DNA of 64,000 nucleotides. Source: Calditrichales bacterium (GTDB lineage Bacteria > Calditrichota > Calditrichia > Calditrichales > J004). The notes beneath the pieces were generated by a model that was not told the DNA's origin, did no database searches, and was given only the letters and a program-made list of their open reading frames with translations. Shown one piece after another: positions 37,208 to 47,301 of this stretch. The stretch is taken from NCBI GenBank assembly GCA_965267575.1, contig OZ254086.1, forward strand, positions 1,376,001 to 1,440,000, given 5' to 3'. Position 1 is the stretch's first letter, and each line of letters begins with the position of its first letter. Both the position numbers and the translations under genes were made by a program.

Positions 37208-38611
37208 TTACGAGACAGACGCCTTTTTTATTTTTAACTGTTCAGCCTTTTTTGCCAGCTCCGCGCGGCCCGCCTTGATAGATCCGGCGCTTTCTTCCGG
37301 CAACTCAAAAAAATAGTCCGGCACTTTAAAGCCGGCCAAATGCTTTTTCAGATAAGATCGTATTTCTTCGAACTTTATGCTTTTTCCCTTTACAAAAGCC
37401 GCCGGCCTGCGACCAAATTCTTTATCGGAAACCGCCACCACAATTGCCCGGTCAACCGCGGGATGCTTCAAAAGGATTCGCTCAATTTCTTCCGGCTGAA
37501 TGTTTTCCCCGCCGCTGATAAACATATTGTCCTTGCGTCCGCTAATTTTCAGTTTTCCGTTTCTGTCCATTTCACCCAAATCACCGCTCAAAAACCAGCC
37601 GCTTCGATCAAACGGTTTTTCCAGGGCGCCGTTTTCAAGATAGCCCAAAAAGCGCGTTTCACCGGCCAGGGCAACTTCACCATCTTTTAAGACCTTAGCC
37701 TTTCTGTAGGGCAATATGGTAGCCGCTTGGGGATTGTCCGGATTGGCTATGGCAACCGTGCTGGCCATCTCGGTCAAACCGTAGCCGGGATAGAGCATGT
37801 TCAGGCCCAATTCGCGGGCGGCGTGCAGCAGGTTTTGCGCTATGGCGCTGCCGCCAAGCAAAATGCGCGATTGTTTCAGTTGCCCGGTGACATTCCCTGC
37901 GGACAACAGGCGTTGAAGTTGCGTGGCCACCAGCGAGATGTGCGTAGGCTGGTGGTCAATGACAGCCTCTTCCAATGACGCACTATCTTTAACCGGGATG
38001 ACGCTTGCCCCGGCAACCATTGCCCGTGTTAGAATTGCCAGTCCGCTTACATGGTGCATTGGCAGGCATAACAGCCAGCGGCTGGGCGTGCCGAAGTCAA
38101 GTGTTTGGTTAATACCCAGCGCACTGAAGTAGTGGTTGCCAATGGAATGAAGCACGTACTTGGGGTTCCCGCCGCTGCCCGATGTCAGTACAATCGTGGC
38201 CGGGCTTTTCAGTTTAAGTGGAGGAGCAGCGAGTGGCACGGCTGACCCGGCTAATAAATCTTCTATGTAGAGGCGCTTATGATCGCTGCCGAAGGCAGTG
38301 CTTTTGGAGGTTGCTAAAACAGCGTCGCAGTCACTAAGATGTTTGGACAGTGTTGCAGGAGGTAATTTGGCATTAAGCGGAAAGACGGTGTGCCCCTCAT
38401 ACCAGGAGGCCACAAGCAAAGCGGCGAAATCGGAAGCAGGCAGACCGGCGCAGGCGATAACAGTCGGTTTTGTAAGCCTTTCCCGCAAAGATCCGCGAAG
38501 TATATCTATGCGCTCCAATAGATGCCCATAATCTTGCGCTACATTGCCGTGGCAAAATGGCGATGCCGCATTGGCGACCATTGAGCCGTAAAGGTCCCAG
38601 GTACGTTTCAT
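37208..38611 (-). CDS. menE: o-Succinylbenzoate-CoA ligase
   Basis: TSGSGGNPK, YGLTEMAS, SGDLG and GRKDNMFISGGENIQPEEIE; located in the men operon. Confidence 0.9.
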   Translation of the reverse strand: MKRTWDLYGSMVANAASPFCHGNVAQDYGHLLERIDILRGSLRERLTKPTVIACAGLPASDFAALLVASWYEGHTVFPLNAKLPPATLSKHLSDCDAVLATSKSTAFGSDHKRLYIEDLLAGSAVPLAAPPLKLKSPATIVLTSGSGGNPKYVLHSIGNHYFSALGINQTLDFGTPSRWLLCLPMHHVSGLAILTRAMVAGASVIPVKDSASLEEAVIDHQPTHISLVATQLQRLLSAGNVTGQLKQSRILLGGSAIAQNLLHAARELGLNMLYPGYGLTEMASTVAIANPDNPQAATILPYRKAKVLKDGEVALAGETRFLGYLENGALEKPFDRSGWFLSGDLGEMDRNGKLKISGRKDNMFISGGENIQPEEIERILLKHPAVDRAIVVAVSDKEFGRRPAAFVKGKSIKFEEIRSYLKKHLAGFKVPDYFFELPEESAGSIKAGRAELAKKAEQLKIKKASVS

Positions 38612-39648
38612 GGCACCTCTTGCAACACGCTGCGGTCCGGCTCGATTTGCTGCATGGCTGTTATTGAGTCGGCCGTTGGGGTATCCAGCTTTGCCAGATC
38701 GTTTTCAAAGAAGCGGGAGGTATCAAGTCCGTGCGCCGTTTTAGCGGCAAGAGCAGCGGCCAGGTGCGCCAGGAGATTTAATCCGACGGCGCTTTCAAAA
38801 ACGCTGCTGATGGTGCAGTCGATACCCGCGTTTTGTGCCGCGCGCGCCCAGGCCAGTGTTTTAAAGATGCCATGCAGCGAAGGCTTCAGAACCAAAGCCC
38901 GGCATCCACCGGGAAATTGCACGGCGTCCGGCCGCAAGTCACGCAGCGACTCATCGAGCGCGAAGGGCAGACCGGTTTGCGTGTAAAAGCTTTCCAGGTC
39001 TGAAGGTTTTTTCAGCGGCTCCTCGATGTATTCAATGGGAGCTTGCAGCTTGTCAGTAAAGAGGACTGCTTCTTCAAGCGACCAGCTTCGATTGGCATCC
39101 AGGCGTATGGTTGTGCCCTTCCTCAGCATCCGGGCAATGCGGTTTACAAAGGAGGCTTCTTTCACCGGACTGTGCCGGCCGACTTTTATTTTAATGCTGT
39201 GAAAATTATCAACGATCGCCTTTAAGCTATTTTCATCATCTGACATGGAGACAAGCGCATTGAGCCGGACGGATGAAGCGGAGCCGGGATTAAGCGCCGT
39301 ATGCAGGGTTAGGTTCTGATTTATGGCAAAAATTTGCAGCCACAAACCCTGCAGGGCAAAGCGCAAACTGGGTGGCCAGGCGGCAGTTGTTAGCATATTG
39401 GGCTCGCGTTCAGGACTGTTCAGGTTTGTCAACAGGAAACCGGCTTCATGCCGCAGAGTCAGGACCTGTTCCACCGTTTCGCGGTGCAGTCCCGGCAACG
39501 GCGCGGCCTCACTCCAGAGGGACAGACCCGAGTCGGTTACGCCTTCAACTACAATACCATGCCGCCGTGTAAGTCGTTGACCCATCATTAGCAGCGGGGC
39601 TTTCAAACGGCGATTGTATTGATACCAGCGCAGAGATTTAAAATACAT
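38608..39648 (-). CDS. menC: o-Succinylbenzoate synthase
   Basis: EAAPLPG, KIKVG, RLDANRSW, YIEEP, ALDESL and GLDT. Confidence 0.9.
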   Translation of the reverse strand: MYFKSLRWYQYNRRLKAPLLMMGQRLTRRHGIVVEGVTDSGLSLWSEAAPLPGLHRETVEQVLTLRHEAGFLLTNLNSPEREPNMLTTAAWPPSLRFALQGLWLQIFAINQNLTLHTALNPGSASSVRLNALVSMSDDENSLKAIVDNFHSIKIKVGRHSPVKEASFVNRIARMLRKGTTIRLDANRSWSLEEAVLFTDKLQAPIEYIEEPLKKPSDLESFYTQTGLPFALDESLRDLRPDAVQFPGGCRALVLKPSLHGIFKTLAWARAAQNAGIDCTISSVFESAVGLNLLAHLAAALAAKTAHGLDTSRFFENDLAKLDTPTADSITAMQQIEPDRSVLQEVP

Positions 39649-39652
39649 CGGA

Positions 39653-40528
39653 TCAGGCGATCCAGCCTATGGCAAAAATAAGGCTGTAAAGGAATAGAAT
39701 TTTACCCGTGTTGGCCAAAACCTTATTCAGAGGTGCCCCGGCGCTGCCGTCCAGCACCATGCGAATGCCGGGCACGGCGGGAAAAAGCACCAGGAGAGTC
39801 AGAATAGACAAATAGTTTTCGTGCGTCATGTAGATCAGGATCAGTGGAACGAGGCAGGCAGCCAGCATACTCGCAATGTATTCGAAGCGGGCAAAGGCCA
39901 CGCCGAAGCGCACGGCCAGCGTCCGTTTGCCGGCCAGACGATCGGTTTTAATATCACGCAAATTGTTGACTGTGAGGATGGCCATGGAAATAAAGCCCGG
40001 CGCCAGCCCCGCCACCAGCACCACCGCTGTCATATCCAGCGTTTGTACATAATAACTGCCACCTACGGCAACAGGCCCGAAAAAGACCAGCACAAAAATA
40101 TCACCCAACCCGTTATAACCCAGCGGATAGGGACCGCCGGTATAAAGAATACCAAACAGGATCGAGAGCAATCCAATCAACAGGATGGGCCAGCCGCCTC
40201 TGAAAATGAGATATAGCCCGATAATAAAAGCGAGAGTGAAGGTGAGAATAAAGGCACGCTTCATTACAGCAGGTGCAATAAGCCCGGTCTGCGTCGCCCG
40301 ACGGGGGCCAAGACGCTCGTGGTTGTCCGCGCCCTTTTTAAAATCAAAATAGTCGTTGGCGTAGTTGGTGCCGATTTGTATCAGCAGTGCGCCGAGCAGG
40401 GCCGCAAGCGCCGCGGGAAGATGAAAGCCGCCATCGTGAAAGGCCATGGCGCTGCCCATGATAACGGGCGCGGCCGCAGCCGGCAGTGTTTTGGGGCGGC
40501 TGGCTTCAATCCAGATACTGAGATTCAT
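39653..40528 (-). CDS. menA: 1,4-dihydroxy-2-naphthoate polyprenyltransferase
   Basis: RPKTL, NYANDYFD, YTGGP and NNLRDI-x-TD-x2-AGKRTLAV. Confidence 0.93.
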   Translation of the reverse strand: MNLSIWIEASRPKTLPAAAAPVIMGSAMAFHDGGFHLPAALAALLGALLIQIGTNYANDYFDFKKGADNHERLGPRRATQTGLIAPAVMKRAFILTFTLAFIIGLYLIFRGGWPILLIGLLSILFGILYTGGPYPLGYNGLGDIFVLVFFGPVAVGGSYYVQTLDMTAVVLVAGLAPGFISMAILTVNNLRDIKTDRLAGKRTLAVRFGVAFARFEYIASMLAACLVPLILIYMTHENYLSILTLLVLFPAVPGIRMVLDGSAGAPLNKVLANTGKILFLYSLIFAIGWIA

Positions 40529-40543
40529 AACCGATAATCTTGA

Positions 40544-41368
40544 TTAAGGCCTGCGTGTAAATTTGGCAAAGTCCGGTTTGCGCTTTTCCAGGAATGCATT
40601 CTTACCTTCCTGACCTTCTTCGCTCATATAGAACAGCATGGTGGCGGCGCCGGCCAGTTCCTGCAGACCGGCTTGTCCGTCACAGTCGGCATTAAGGGCC
40701 GCCTTCAGGCAACGGATGGCTGTGGGTGAGTTGGCCAGGATATCTTTGCACCATTCGATTGTTTCTTCTTCCAGTTTTGCATAAGGCACAACCGTATTCA
40801 CAAGGCCCATATCCAGCGCCTGCTGCGCGTCGTACTGGCGGCAGAGAAACCAGATCTCGCGTGCCTTTTTCTGACCCACGATACGCGCCATATAGCTGGC
40901 GCCGTAGCCGCCGTCGAAGGAGCCTACCTTGGGACCGGTTTGTCCGAAGCGCGCGTTATCCGCGGCAATGGTCAGATCGCACATCAGGTGCAGAACGTGC
41001 CCGCCCCCGATGGCGTATCCCGCTACCATGGCGATGACCGGTTTGGGACAGGTGCGGATCTGGCGCTGAAAGTCGAGCACGTTCAGCCGATGCACGCCGT
41101 CATCACCGACATAACCGGCTTCGCCCCTTACACGCTGGTCACCACCGGAGCAAAAGGCCTTTTCGCCTTCACCCGTCAATATGATAACGCCGATGCTGCT
41201 GTCGTCACGGGCGTCAGCCAGTGCCTGCATCATTTCCTGCACGGTAAGCGGACGAAAAGCGTTGCGTACTTCCGGCCTGTTTATGGTGATTTTGGCGATG
41301 CCAGACGGATCGCTCGATTTTTCATATTTAATGTCTTCAAAATTTAAAGCGCTTGACCATTGCGTCAT
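40544..41368 (-). CDS. menB: 1,4-dihydroxy-2-naphthoyl-CoA synthase
   Basis: [30 protein letters not shown] and [15 protein letters not shown]. Confidence 0.97.
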   Translation of the reverse strand: MTQWSSALNFEDIKYEKSSDPSGIAKITINRPEVRNAFRPLTVQEMMQALADARDDSSIGVIILTGEGEKAFCSGGDQRVRGEAGYVGDDGVHRLNVLDFQRQIRTCPKPVIAMVAGYAIGGGHVLHLMCDLTIAADNARFGQTGPKVGSFDGGYGASYMARIVGQKKAREIWFLCRQYDAQQALDMGLVNTVVPYAKLEEETIEWCKDILANSPTAIRCLKAALNADCDGQAGLQELAGAATMLFYMSEEGQEGKNAFLEKRKPDFAKFTRRP

Positions 41369-41390
41369 TTTTAACCCCTATCTCGTTTTA

Positions 41391-42176
41391 TTAGCGAATT
41401 GACAAATTTAAGAAGCTTACAAGATGTTCTGCAAATAGCTGTGGTTGCATAAAGTGTGTGTTGTGGCTGCAGTTTTTCATGGCAATGCTTTTAAACGACA
41501 TATTTAGCTGCAGCATTTCATGTGTGATTTGCCGGTATCGTACATCATCCTCACCGTGGATTAACAGCGTTGGCTTTTTAAATGCCGGCAAAAGGACCCT
41601 GTAATTTGTCTGAACACCCGGCGAGTACGCCACAATCGCCTGCGCTATGTTTTCTTTGTCCTGTGCTAGCCGGCTTTGCAGAAGCTGCCGGAAGTGTGGC
41701 GCCGATTTAATGCCCATAAACAGATCAGCGTCATACCAGGCGTTCAGAAACAGAGCATAGTCTGCGCGGATGGCCGCGGCGCGGCTTTTATCCTGTTCCA
41801 GGCGCGCCTGTTTGTGTGGTCCTTCGGGCATGCCCGGAGATGTTGACTCCAGGATAATCGCGCTGACATAGGCCGGATAATGCAGCGCAAAATCAAGTGC
41901 AACGCGCCCTCCAAGCGAATAACCGCACAGCGCAATATGGGGAAGATCGTAGTTGTCTAAAATGTCCAGGATTAGCGAGCGGGCGGCATCAAAGCCCGGT
42001 TTGGTTTTGCCGGCGGAAGCATGTCCAGGCAGATCGGCGGCTATCAAAAAATACTGATTCCGGGCGTAGCCGGCCACTTCAGACCAGTCAACGGCGGAGC
42101 CCATAAAGCCATGCAGAAGCAGAACCGCCGGTTTTTCCGGGTTGCCCCAGGTCAGGCCATATTTTGTTTTAACCAT
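41391..42176 (-). CDS. menH: SHCHC synthase (alpha/beta hydrolase)
   Basis: LHGFMG, DLPGH, GYSLGGR and HNTH; lies between menD and menB. Confidence 0.88.
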   Translation of the reverse strand: MVKTKYGLTWGNPEKPAVLLLHGFMGSAVDWSEVAGYARNQYFLIAADLPGHASAGKTKPGFDAARSLILDILDNYDLPHIALCGYSLGGRVALDFALHYPAYVSAIILESTSPGMPEGPHKQARLEQDKSRAAAIRADYALFLNAWYDADLFMGIKSAPHFRQLLQSRLAQDKENIAQAIVAYSPGVQTNYRVLLPAFKKPTLLIHGEDDVRYRQITHEMLQLNMSFKSIAMKNCSHNTHFMQPQLFAEHLVSFLNLSIR

Positions 42177-43891
42177 TGGGCGATCTCTTCACTCAGCTTG
42201 CGTTGAAATGTTTTGTGCTGCTCCAGGTTAGCGACGCGTTCGGACTCTATTTCGATAAGGTGATGGCCGCTCTTATTTTGCAAAAGTGCGGCTAACTCTT
42301 TTAGCGAGGCCGGACGCGCGTATTGCAGGCCGAACATATTAGCCGCGTGCTCAAAATGGAGGTCATGTGGCGTCCCAAAAAACGGCTCAAAAACGGGTGC
42401 GTGTTTTGCAACCGGCAGAAAATGAAAAATGCCCCCGCCGTGATTGTTGATGACGACTATCGTGGCCTGCTGCTCCAGCGCTTTTACAAGTTGCAGACTG
42501 CTTAAATCGTGCAGCAGCGCCAGATCACCCATCAGCAGCATAAGCGGTTTGCCTGTACCCCGCGCAAATCCGGCCGCGCTGGCCACCGTACCATCGATGC
42601 CGCTGGCGCCGCGGTTGGCCGCAACAACGGGCGCCGGACTAACAGGCTGTGCGTACATATCCAAATCACGTACGGGCATGCTGGAGGCCATAAACAACGC
42701 CTTGCCCGCGCAAAAGCGGCTAAGGCACAGCGCAGCAGAGGCCTCGTTCAAGTCATCATCCAGTCCGGTAGCAATTTTCACGGCCATATGATCGTTTAGC
42801 TGCTTCATCCAGCGCCAGTCCCACGCCGGTTTTGCCTCTAATCCGGAGAGCGCCATACAAAAGGCTGCAATATCGGAGGTAACGCGCCAGGTTACTTTGT
42901 GTAATGGATCCACCCGCTTTTCACGTGGTGAGATATGGATGTATTGTTCAATATGCTTGCCCAGCCATTGCATTACTCTTTTCGACACGAACGGCCCTCC
43001 GAAATGCAAAACGGTTTTCCCTTTCAGCCGCTTGGCAAAGTCGTCATTCAGCAATAGCTGATCAAAATGGGCGATTAGATTGGAGCATGTGCCGTCCAGC
43101 CTTATCGGACAGGTAATGTCCGCTATCACCGGCAGGTTGAAATCTGACGCCAGTTTTTTTATAGCCTGCGCATCGGCTTGAGTTACGCGTCCGCATAAAA
43201 TAACACTGTTGCCCAGATCAATCCCGGCAAATTGATTGCCGGAAAATGAAACAAAAGGGTTCCCGCTGCTGATTTTGGTAAACGGCCGGTTGCCTTTGCT
43301 CCAGCCCTCCAATGGAGTCAGGTAATCCGGGTCGATGGGCTGCGGGTCGGGTGCCAGTGGTTCGCGGAACATGCAATTAAGGTGAACCGGCCCTGCATTC
43401 TGCCCAACGGACTTTTGCAGAGCATAATTGATTGTCGAAAGGACAAAAGGCGCCTCTATTTTTTCATCCGGGCAGGGCATTTCAAAAAACCAGCGTACGT
43501 ATCCGCCAAAAAGTTTTGTTTGATCAATAGTTTGGTTGGCGGCGGAATCTTTCAACTCCGGCGGACGGTCGGCGCTTAAGATAAGCAAGGGCAGGTTTTC
43601 CGAGGATGCCTCAATTACCGCCGGATAATAGTTGGCCGCCGCTGTCCCCGATGTGCACATCAAAACGGCCGGTTGACCGCTGGCCCTGGCGTGGCCCAGT
43701 GCGAAGAAAGCCGCGGCGCGCTCATCAAAAATAATGTGTGTATTGGCCCTGGGATTTTCAGCGGCAGCAAAGGTGAGCGGCGTACTGCGCGAACCGGGCG
43801 AAATGACAAAAGTGATGATGCCCTGCCGCGTCAGCTCCTCAACGATCAGGTCGCTCCACAGTTGGTTTAGATTTGCGGCAGCCTTCAACAT
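42152..43891 (-). CDS. menD: SEPHCHC synthase
   Basis: SPGSRSTPL, DERAAAFFALG, TSGTA, NRGASGIDG, GDL and NNHGGGIF. Confidence 0.96.
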   Translation of the reverse strand: MLKAAANLNQLWSDLIVEELTRQGIITFVISPGSRSTPLTFAAAENPRANTHIIFDERAAAFFALGHARASGQPAVLMCTSGTAAANYYPAVIEASSENLPLLILSADRPPELKDSAANQTIDQTKLFGGYVRWFFEMPCPDEKIEAPFVLSTINYALQKSVGQNAGPVHLNCMFREPLAPDPQPIDPDYLTPLEGWSKGNRPFTKISSGNPFVSFSGNQFAGIDLGNSVILCGRVTQADAQAIKKLASDFNLPVIADITCPIRLDGTCSNLIAHFDQLLLNDDFAKRLKGKTVLHFGGPFVSKRVMQWLGKHIEQYIHISPREKRVDPLHKVTWRVTSDIAAFCMALSGLEAKPAWDWRWMKQLNDHMAVKIATGLDDDLNEASAALCLSRFCAGKALFMASSMPVRDLDMYAQPVSPAPVVAANRGASGIDGTVASAAGFARGTGKPLMLLMGDLALLHDLSSLQLVKALEQQATIVVINNHGGGIFHFLPVAKHAPVFEPFFGTPHDLHFEHAANMFGLQYARPASLKELAALLQNKSGHHLIEIESERVANLEQHKTFQRKLSEEIAQWLKQNMA

Positions 43892-43906
43892 GGAGATGTC
43901 TTTCTG

Positions 43907-45337
43907 TTAGCGCGAGACAGAATGGGGTGTGTCCGCGGGAAGAATAGTTTCCTCGTCCTCAGGGGAGAGGGCACGCAGGAAGCTGGCGATTTTGCTTTCA
44001 ATCTCTTCCCACTCTTTTTCCGCATCGGAGCCTTGCACAATACCGGCTCCGGAGTAAAGGTAAAGATCTTTATGGTCAATCAATCCAGAGCGGATGGCTA
44101 CAGCAAATTCGGCCATATTCTGGCCTACCCAACCGACAGGTCCCGCATACCAGCCGCGGTCAAAAGGCTCAATCTTTTCAATCTCCTGCTGCGACGCTTC
44201 CGTTGGCACGCCGCCCACCGCCGGTGTGGGATGCAGACTGTCCAGAATATCCGGATCGGCCACTTCCGTGCGCAGTTCACCTTTAAACTGCAGTCGCAGG
44301 TGTTGCAATCGCGAAAGCTTTAAAACGTTCAGGCCGCCGTTTTGCTTACGGCTGCTGCAAATGCCATCGAGCGCCTGGCGGATGCTGTCCACCACATAGC
44401 GGTGTTCGCGCACGTCCTTTTCACTGTTCAGGAGATCCTGCTCCAGCTGTAAATCTTCTTCGGGGTTATGTCCGCGGCGGCGTGTGCCGGCAACGGCCTC
44501 TGTGTGGATCTGTCGTCCGCCTCGTTTGTACAGCTGCTCCGGTGTGCCGCCGATAAAGGCGATATTATGCTGCGGCTGGAAACAAAAATAGTAGGCACGG
44601 TGATTGTTAAGACGCAGCTTCCACAATAAGTCAATAACCGGGATATCCTGCTCAAAGCGAAACAGCGACTTACGCGCCAGGACGATCTTATCCAGTTTTT
44701 TCTGAGAAATAGCCTGCAAAGCCTCATCGATCTTGCGGTGCCAGACATTGCGTTCGGGCAAATCCTTACGCTCGTTCAGATCCGGCAGGCGTTTTATCTG
44801 CGGCGGCGCTTCAAACACGAGTTGATGCAATTGTTCGAGAACACGCTCCTGTGTCTGCTCGCGCGGCTCACTGTTCATCAGCGGAATGTTGGCGGCCAGA
44901 ACGGTCTCACTGCCTTCACGAAACACTTCGAACAGCGGCACTATAAAACGAAAGGATGTAAACGGCTGCCAGTGGAATCCCGAGCTGTGGCTGCGGCTGA
45001 AGCGCATGCCGCCGTAATAGCGTATCCCGGGTGAGGAATGTTTCAGATATTCGTTTAATCTGCTGAAAATAGCCTTGTTGTCTGCCGTAAGCGATCCGCA
45101 GACTACATCCGATTCGCCGACACCTGCCATTTCAAAGCGGCTTTCACGATCGCGCCAATAGGTTTTGGCGGCATTCTTCTGCGCGGCCAGCCAAAGCAGG
45201 GCGTCACATTTATTAAGGGCTATCTCTACGCGGATGATGCGTTTTGGTCCGCCCGGGGGCTCCTGTTCAATGGCCCGGTTAATGGCGTTTTCCAAATCGT
45301 TTTTTGCTGCGAAATATACAGAGCTGCACTGTGTCAT
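43907..45337 (-). CDS. menF: Isochorismate synthase
   Basis: KIVLAR, GTPE, EAVAGT, KD-x2-EH, LHPTPAVGG, RGWYAG and GAGIV. ATG at 45337 overlaps the menG stop (TAATG). Confidence 0.9.
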   Translation of the reverse strand: MTQCSSVYFAAKNDLENAINRAIEQEPPGGPKRIIRVEIALNKCDALLWLAAQKNAAKTYWRDRESRFEMAGVGESDVVCGSLTADNKAIFSRLNEYLKHSSPGIRYYGGMRFSRSHSSGFHWQPFTSFRFIVPLFEVFREGSETVLAANIPLMNSEPREQTQERVLEQLHQLVFEAPPQIKRLPDLNERKDLPERNVWHRKIDEALQAISQKKLDKIVLARKSLFRFEQDIPVIDLLWKLRLNNHRAYYFCFQPQHNIAFIGGTPEQLYKRGGRQIHTEAVAGTRRRGHNPEEDLQLEQDLLNSEKDVREHRYVVDSIRQALDGICSSRKQNGGLNVLKLSRLQHLRLQFKGELRTEVADPDILDSLHPTPAVGGVPTEASQQEIEKIEPFDRGWYAGPVGWVGQNMAEFAVAIRSGLIDHKDLYLYSGAGIVQGSDAEKEWEEIESKIASFLRALSPEDEETILPADTPHSVSR

Positions 45338-46101
45338 TACGATGTTGTTTTGTCTCCGCTGTAAATCGTTGCAATTCCAAAAGTAAGCGGCTTTTGTTTT
45401 ACATTCCTGTATCCGTTTTCCTCCATCAGACGGCAAAAAGCGTCGCCGTACGGGAAGCTTTCAACAGTTTTATTGAGATACCTGTAGGCGTAACTGTCTC
45501 CGGAAAGTGACCCGCCGATGATCGGCAAAATATGGCGAAAATAAAAAAGATACAGCTTTTTCATCAAGCTGTTTTTTGGCAGGGAGAATTCAAGCACCAG
45601 CAGGCGACCGCCATGCTTCAGAACGCGTTTCATGTTTTGCAGGGAGCGACTCACGTCGGTTACGTTGCGTATGCCAAAAGCGATAGTCACCACATCAAAG
45701 GCCGCTTCATCCAGCGCAATTTCCGTGGCGTCACCGGTTTGCAACTTTAAGCGATTGTCCAGCTGCAGACGTTGCAGCTTTTCGCGGCCCACGCTGAGCA
45801 TTTTTTCAGACATATCGATGCCCACGCCTTCAATCCGGGCGGAGGCATGCTTTTGCAGGGAGATCAGTACATCAGCGGTTCCGGTAGCTACATCGAGTAC
45901 GCGCAGCTTTTGGCCGGCGGGCAGAAGGCGCGCCAGTTTTTTGCGCCAGGCGACATCCTGCCGCAGAGAAAGCATGCGGTTTAACAGGTCATAACGGTGG
46001 GCAATGCGGTCAAACATGAGCCACACTTTTTGCCTGGAAATATCCTGTTGTTCTAAGCCGGTCTTGCTTTGAGGCATGGTATCCATGTTTGTGAAATTCA
46101 T
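45337..46101 (-). CDS. menG: Demethylmenaquinone methyltransferase
   Basis: MFDRIAHRYDLLN, LDVATGTAD, AFGIRNV, RVLK-x-GG, LEFS and AYRYL. Confidence 0.93.
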   Translation of the reverse strand: MNFTNMDTMPQSKTGLEQQDISRQKVWLMFDRIAHRYDLLNRMLSLRQDVAWRKKLARLLPAGQKLRVLDVATGTADVLISLQKHASARIEGVGIDMSEKMLSVGREKLQRLQLDNRLKLQTGDATEIALDEAAFDVVTIAFGIRNVTDVSRSLQNMKRVLKHGGRLLVLEFSLPKNSLMKKLYLFYFRHILPIIGGSLSGDSYAYRYLNKTVESFPYGDAFCRLMEENGYRNVKQKPLTFGIATIYSGDKTTS

Positions 46102-46187
46102 CTCTTTTCCAATAAAGCGTAAACGCTAAATCTATCACAAATATTCAGTTTGGTCAAATGGATAAATGCTCTCTAAAACGGGAGAAG

Positions 46188-46209
46188 AAAAGGCGCCCCG
46201 AAGGACGCC
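46188..46209 (-). terminator. Intrinsic terminator with a UUCG tetraloop
   Basis: Minus strand GGCGTCC-TTCG-GGGCGCC-TTTT just after the 46220 stop. Confidence 0.75.
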
Positions 46210-46219
46210 GGTTTTAGCT

Positions 46220-47125
46220 TTACTTGCGGTTTCGGGGTGTGGGCATGGCGCCGGGGCCCATTTCCGGCATATCTTTTTTCTTGAATCCCGAAGGGGGTAA
46301 AAAGGTACCGCTGGGATGGGACACTTCCTCAATGGATATCAGACGGTACATGGACACATCGCTGTAACCCGTCTCGGAGGAGATTTCCGTTGATGCAGCG
46401 GGCCAGCCTTCCTTGATGTTGTCCCATACTTTTCTTTCTGTTTTGGCGCCCATCGGGTCTATATCAAGCATGCCTTCAAAAGCCCTGCGTATATCCTCTT
46501 TCTCCGTTGTTATCCAGTATTGACGCCGTTCGCTGTCGCCAACAGAGACAATGTATTCCTCACAATCATAGCCGTTTACATTAAGGCTTCGCCCGGTGCT
46601 TTTTACGTCAACTGGCTGCTCCTCTTCACCGCCCATCATGCCCATTTGCTTCATCCGGGCTTTTGCTTCCGGCGGCATGTTGGCCATCATCTGCTCCATC
46701 GCCGGCATCTGTTGCGCCATCATCTTTTCCATTTGTTCGCGCATTTCGCGTACTTTTTCTATATCAATTTCATAGTACGAATTTTCAGCCCAGTTTATGG
46801 AGTAAATTTTCTGCTTACCCTGGTCCATGATGTGGCTCATTTTATCGCCTTCTTCCACCATGTCTACACGAAATTTGTCCTTGCCCAGATAAAGCACATT
46901 TTTTTCGTGTTCGGTTTCCAGATCACTCTTTTCAAGGCTGGTCTCAACTTCGTCCAGGCTTTTTCCAAAAAAGAAAGTGGCCATGTCATCAACCGAAGGG
47001 TCCTCGTTTTGCATAAGCGCGAAAATGGTTTCGGAATCAAGTGATAACTGCTCGGTCTCAACGAGGAAGTCCTGCGCGGGCAGCATGGCAAAGAACAATA
47101 ATATAAAAGTTAAAAGAAAACGCAT
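46220..47125 (-). CDS. DUF4412-like exported protein
   Basis: Signal peptide, Met/Gln-rich linker, TG-x4-NGYDCEEY and a C-terminal F-x-PP-x-GFKK. Confidence 0.7.
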   Translation of the reverse strand: MRFLLTFILLFFAMLPAQDFLVETEQLSLDSETIFALMQNEDPSVDDMATFFFGKSLDEVETSLEKSDLETEHEKNVLYLGKDKFRVDMVEEGDKMSHIMDQGKQKIYSINWAENSYYEIDIEKVREMREQMEKMMAQQMPAMEQMMANMPPEAKARMKQMGMMGGEEEQPVDVKSTGRSLNVNGYDCEEYIVSVGDSERRQYWITTEKEDIRRAFEGMLDIDPMGAKTERKVWDNIKEGWPAASTEISSETGYSDVSMYRLISIEEVSHPSGTFLPPSGFKKKDMPEMGPGAMPTPRNRK

Positions 47126-47301
47126 GGTGAACGTCCTTTCATTTAATAAGAAGTAAACACGCGGGTAAAAAGTAATCGGGAAATATCGTTATGGCCATCA
47201 ATATATGAAAAGTTGTATCTGCGTTGAATTAAATTTTTATGTGGTTTATCTTGCTGCTTTCATTTTCTCGTTACTTTTCACATCATAACACAGGAATGGT
47301 C

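Noticed and set aside
46630-46745. CAT-rich quasi-repeat
   Set aside because: It is explained by the Met/Gln-rich linker of the DUF4412-like protein.
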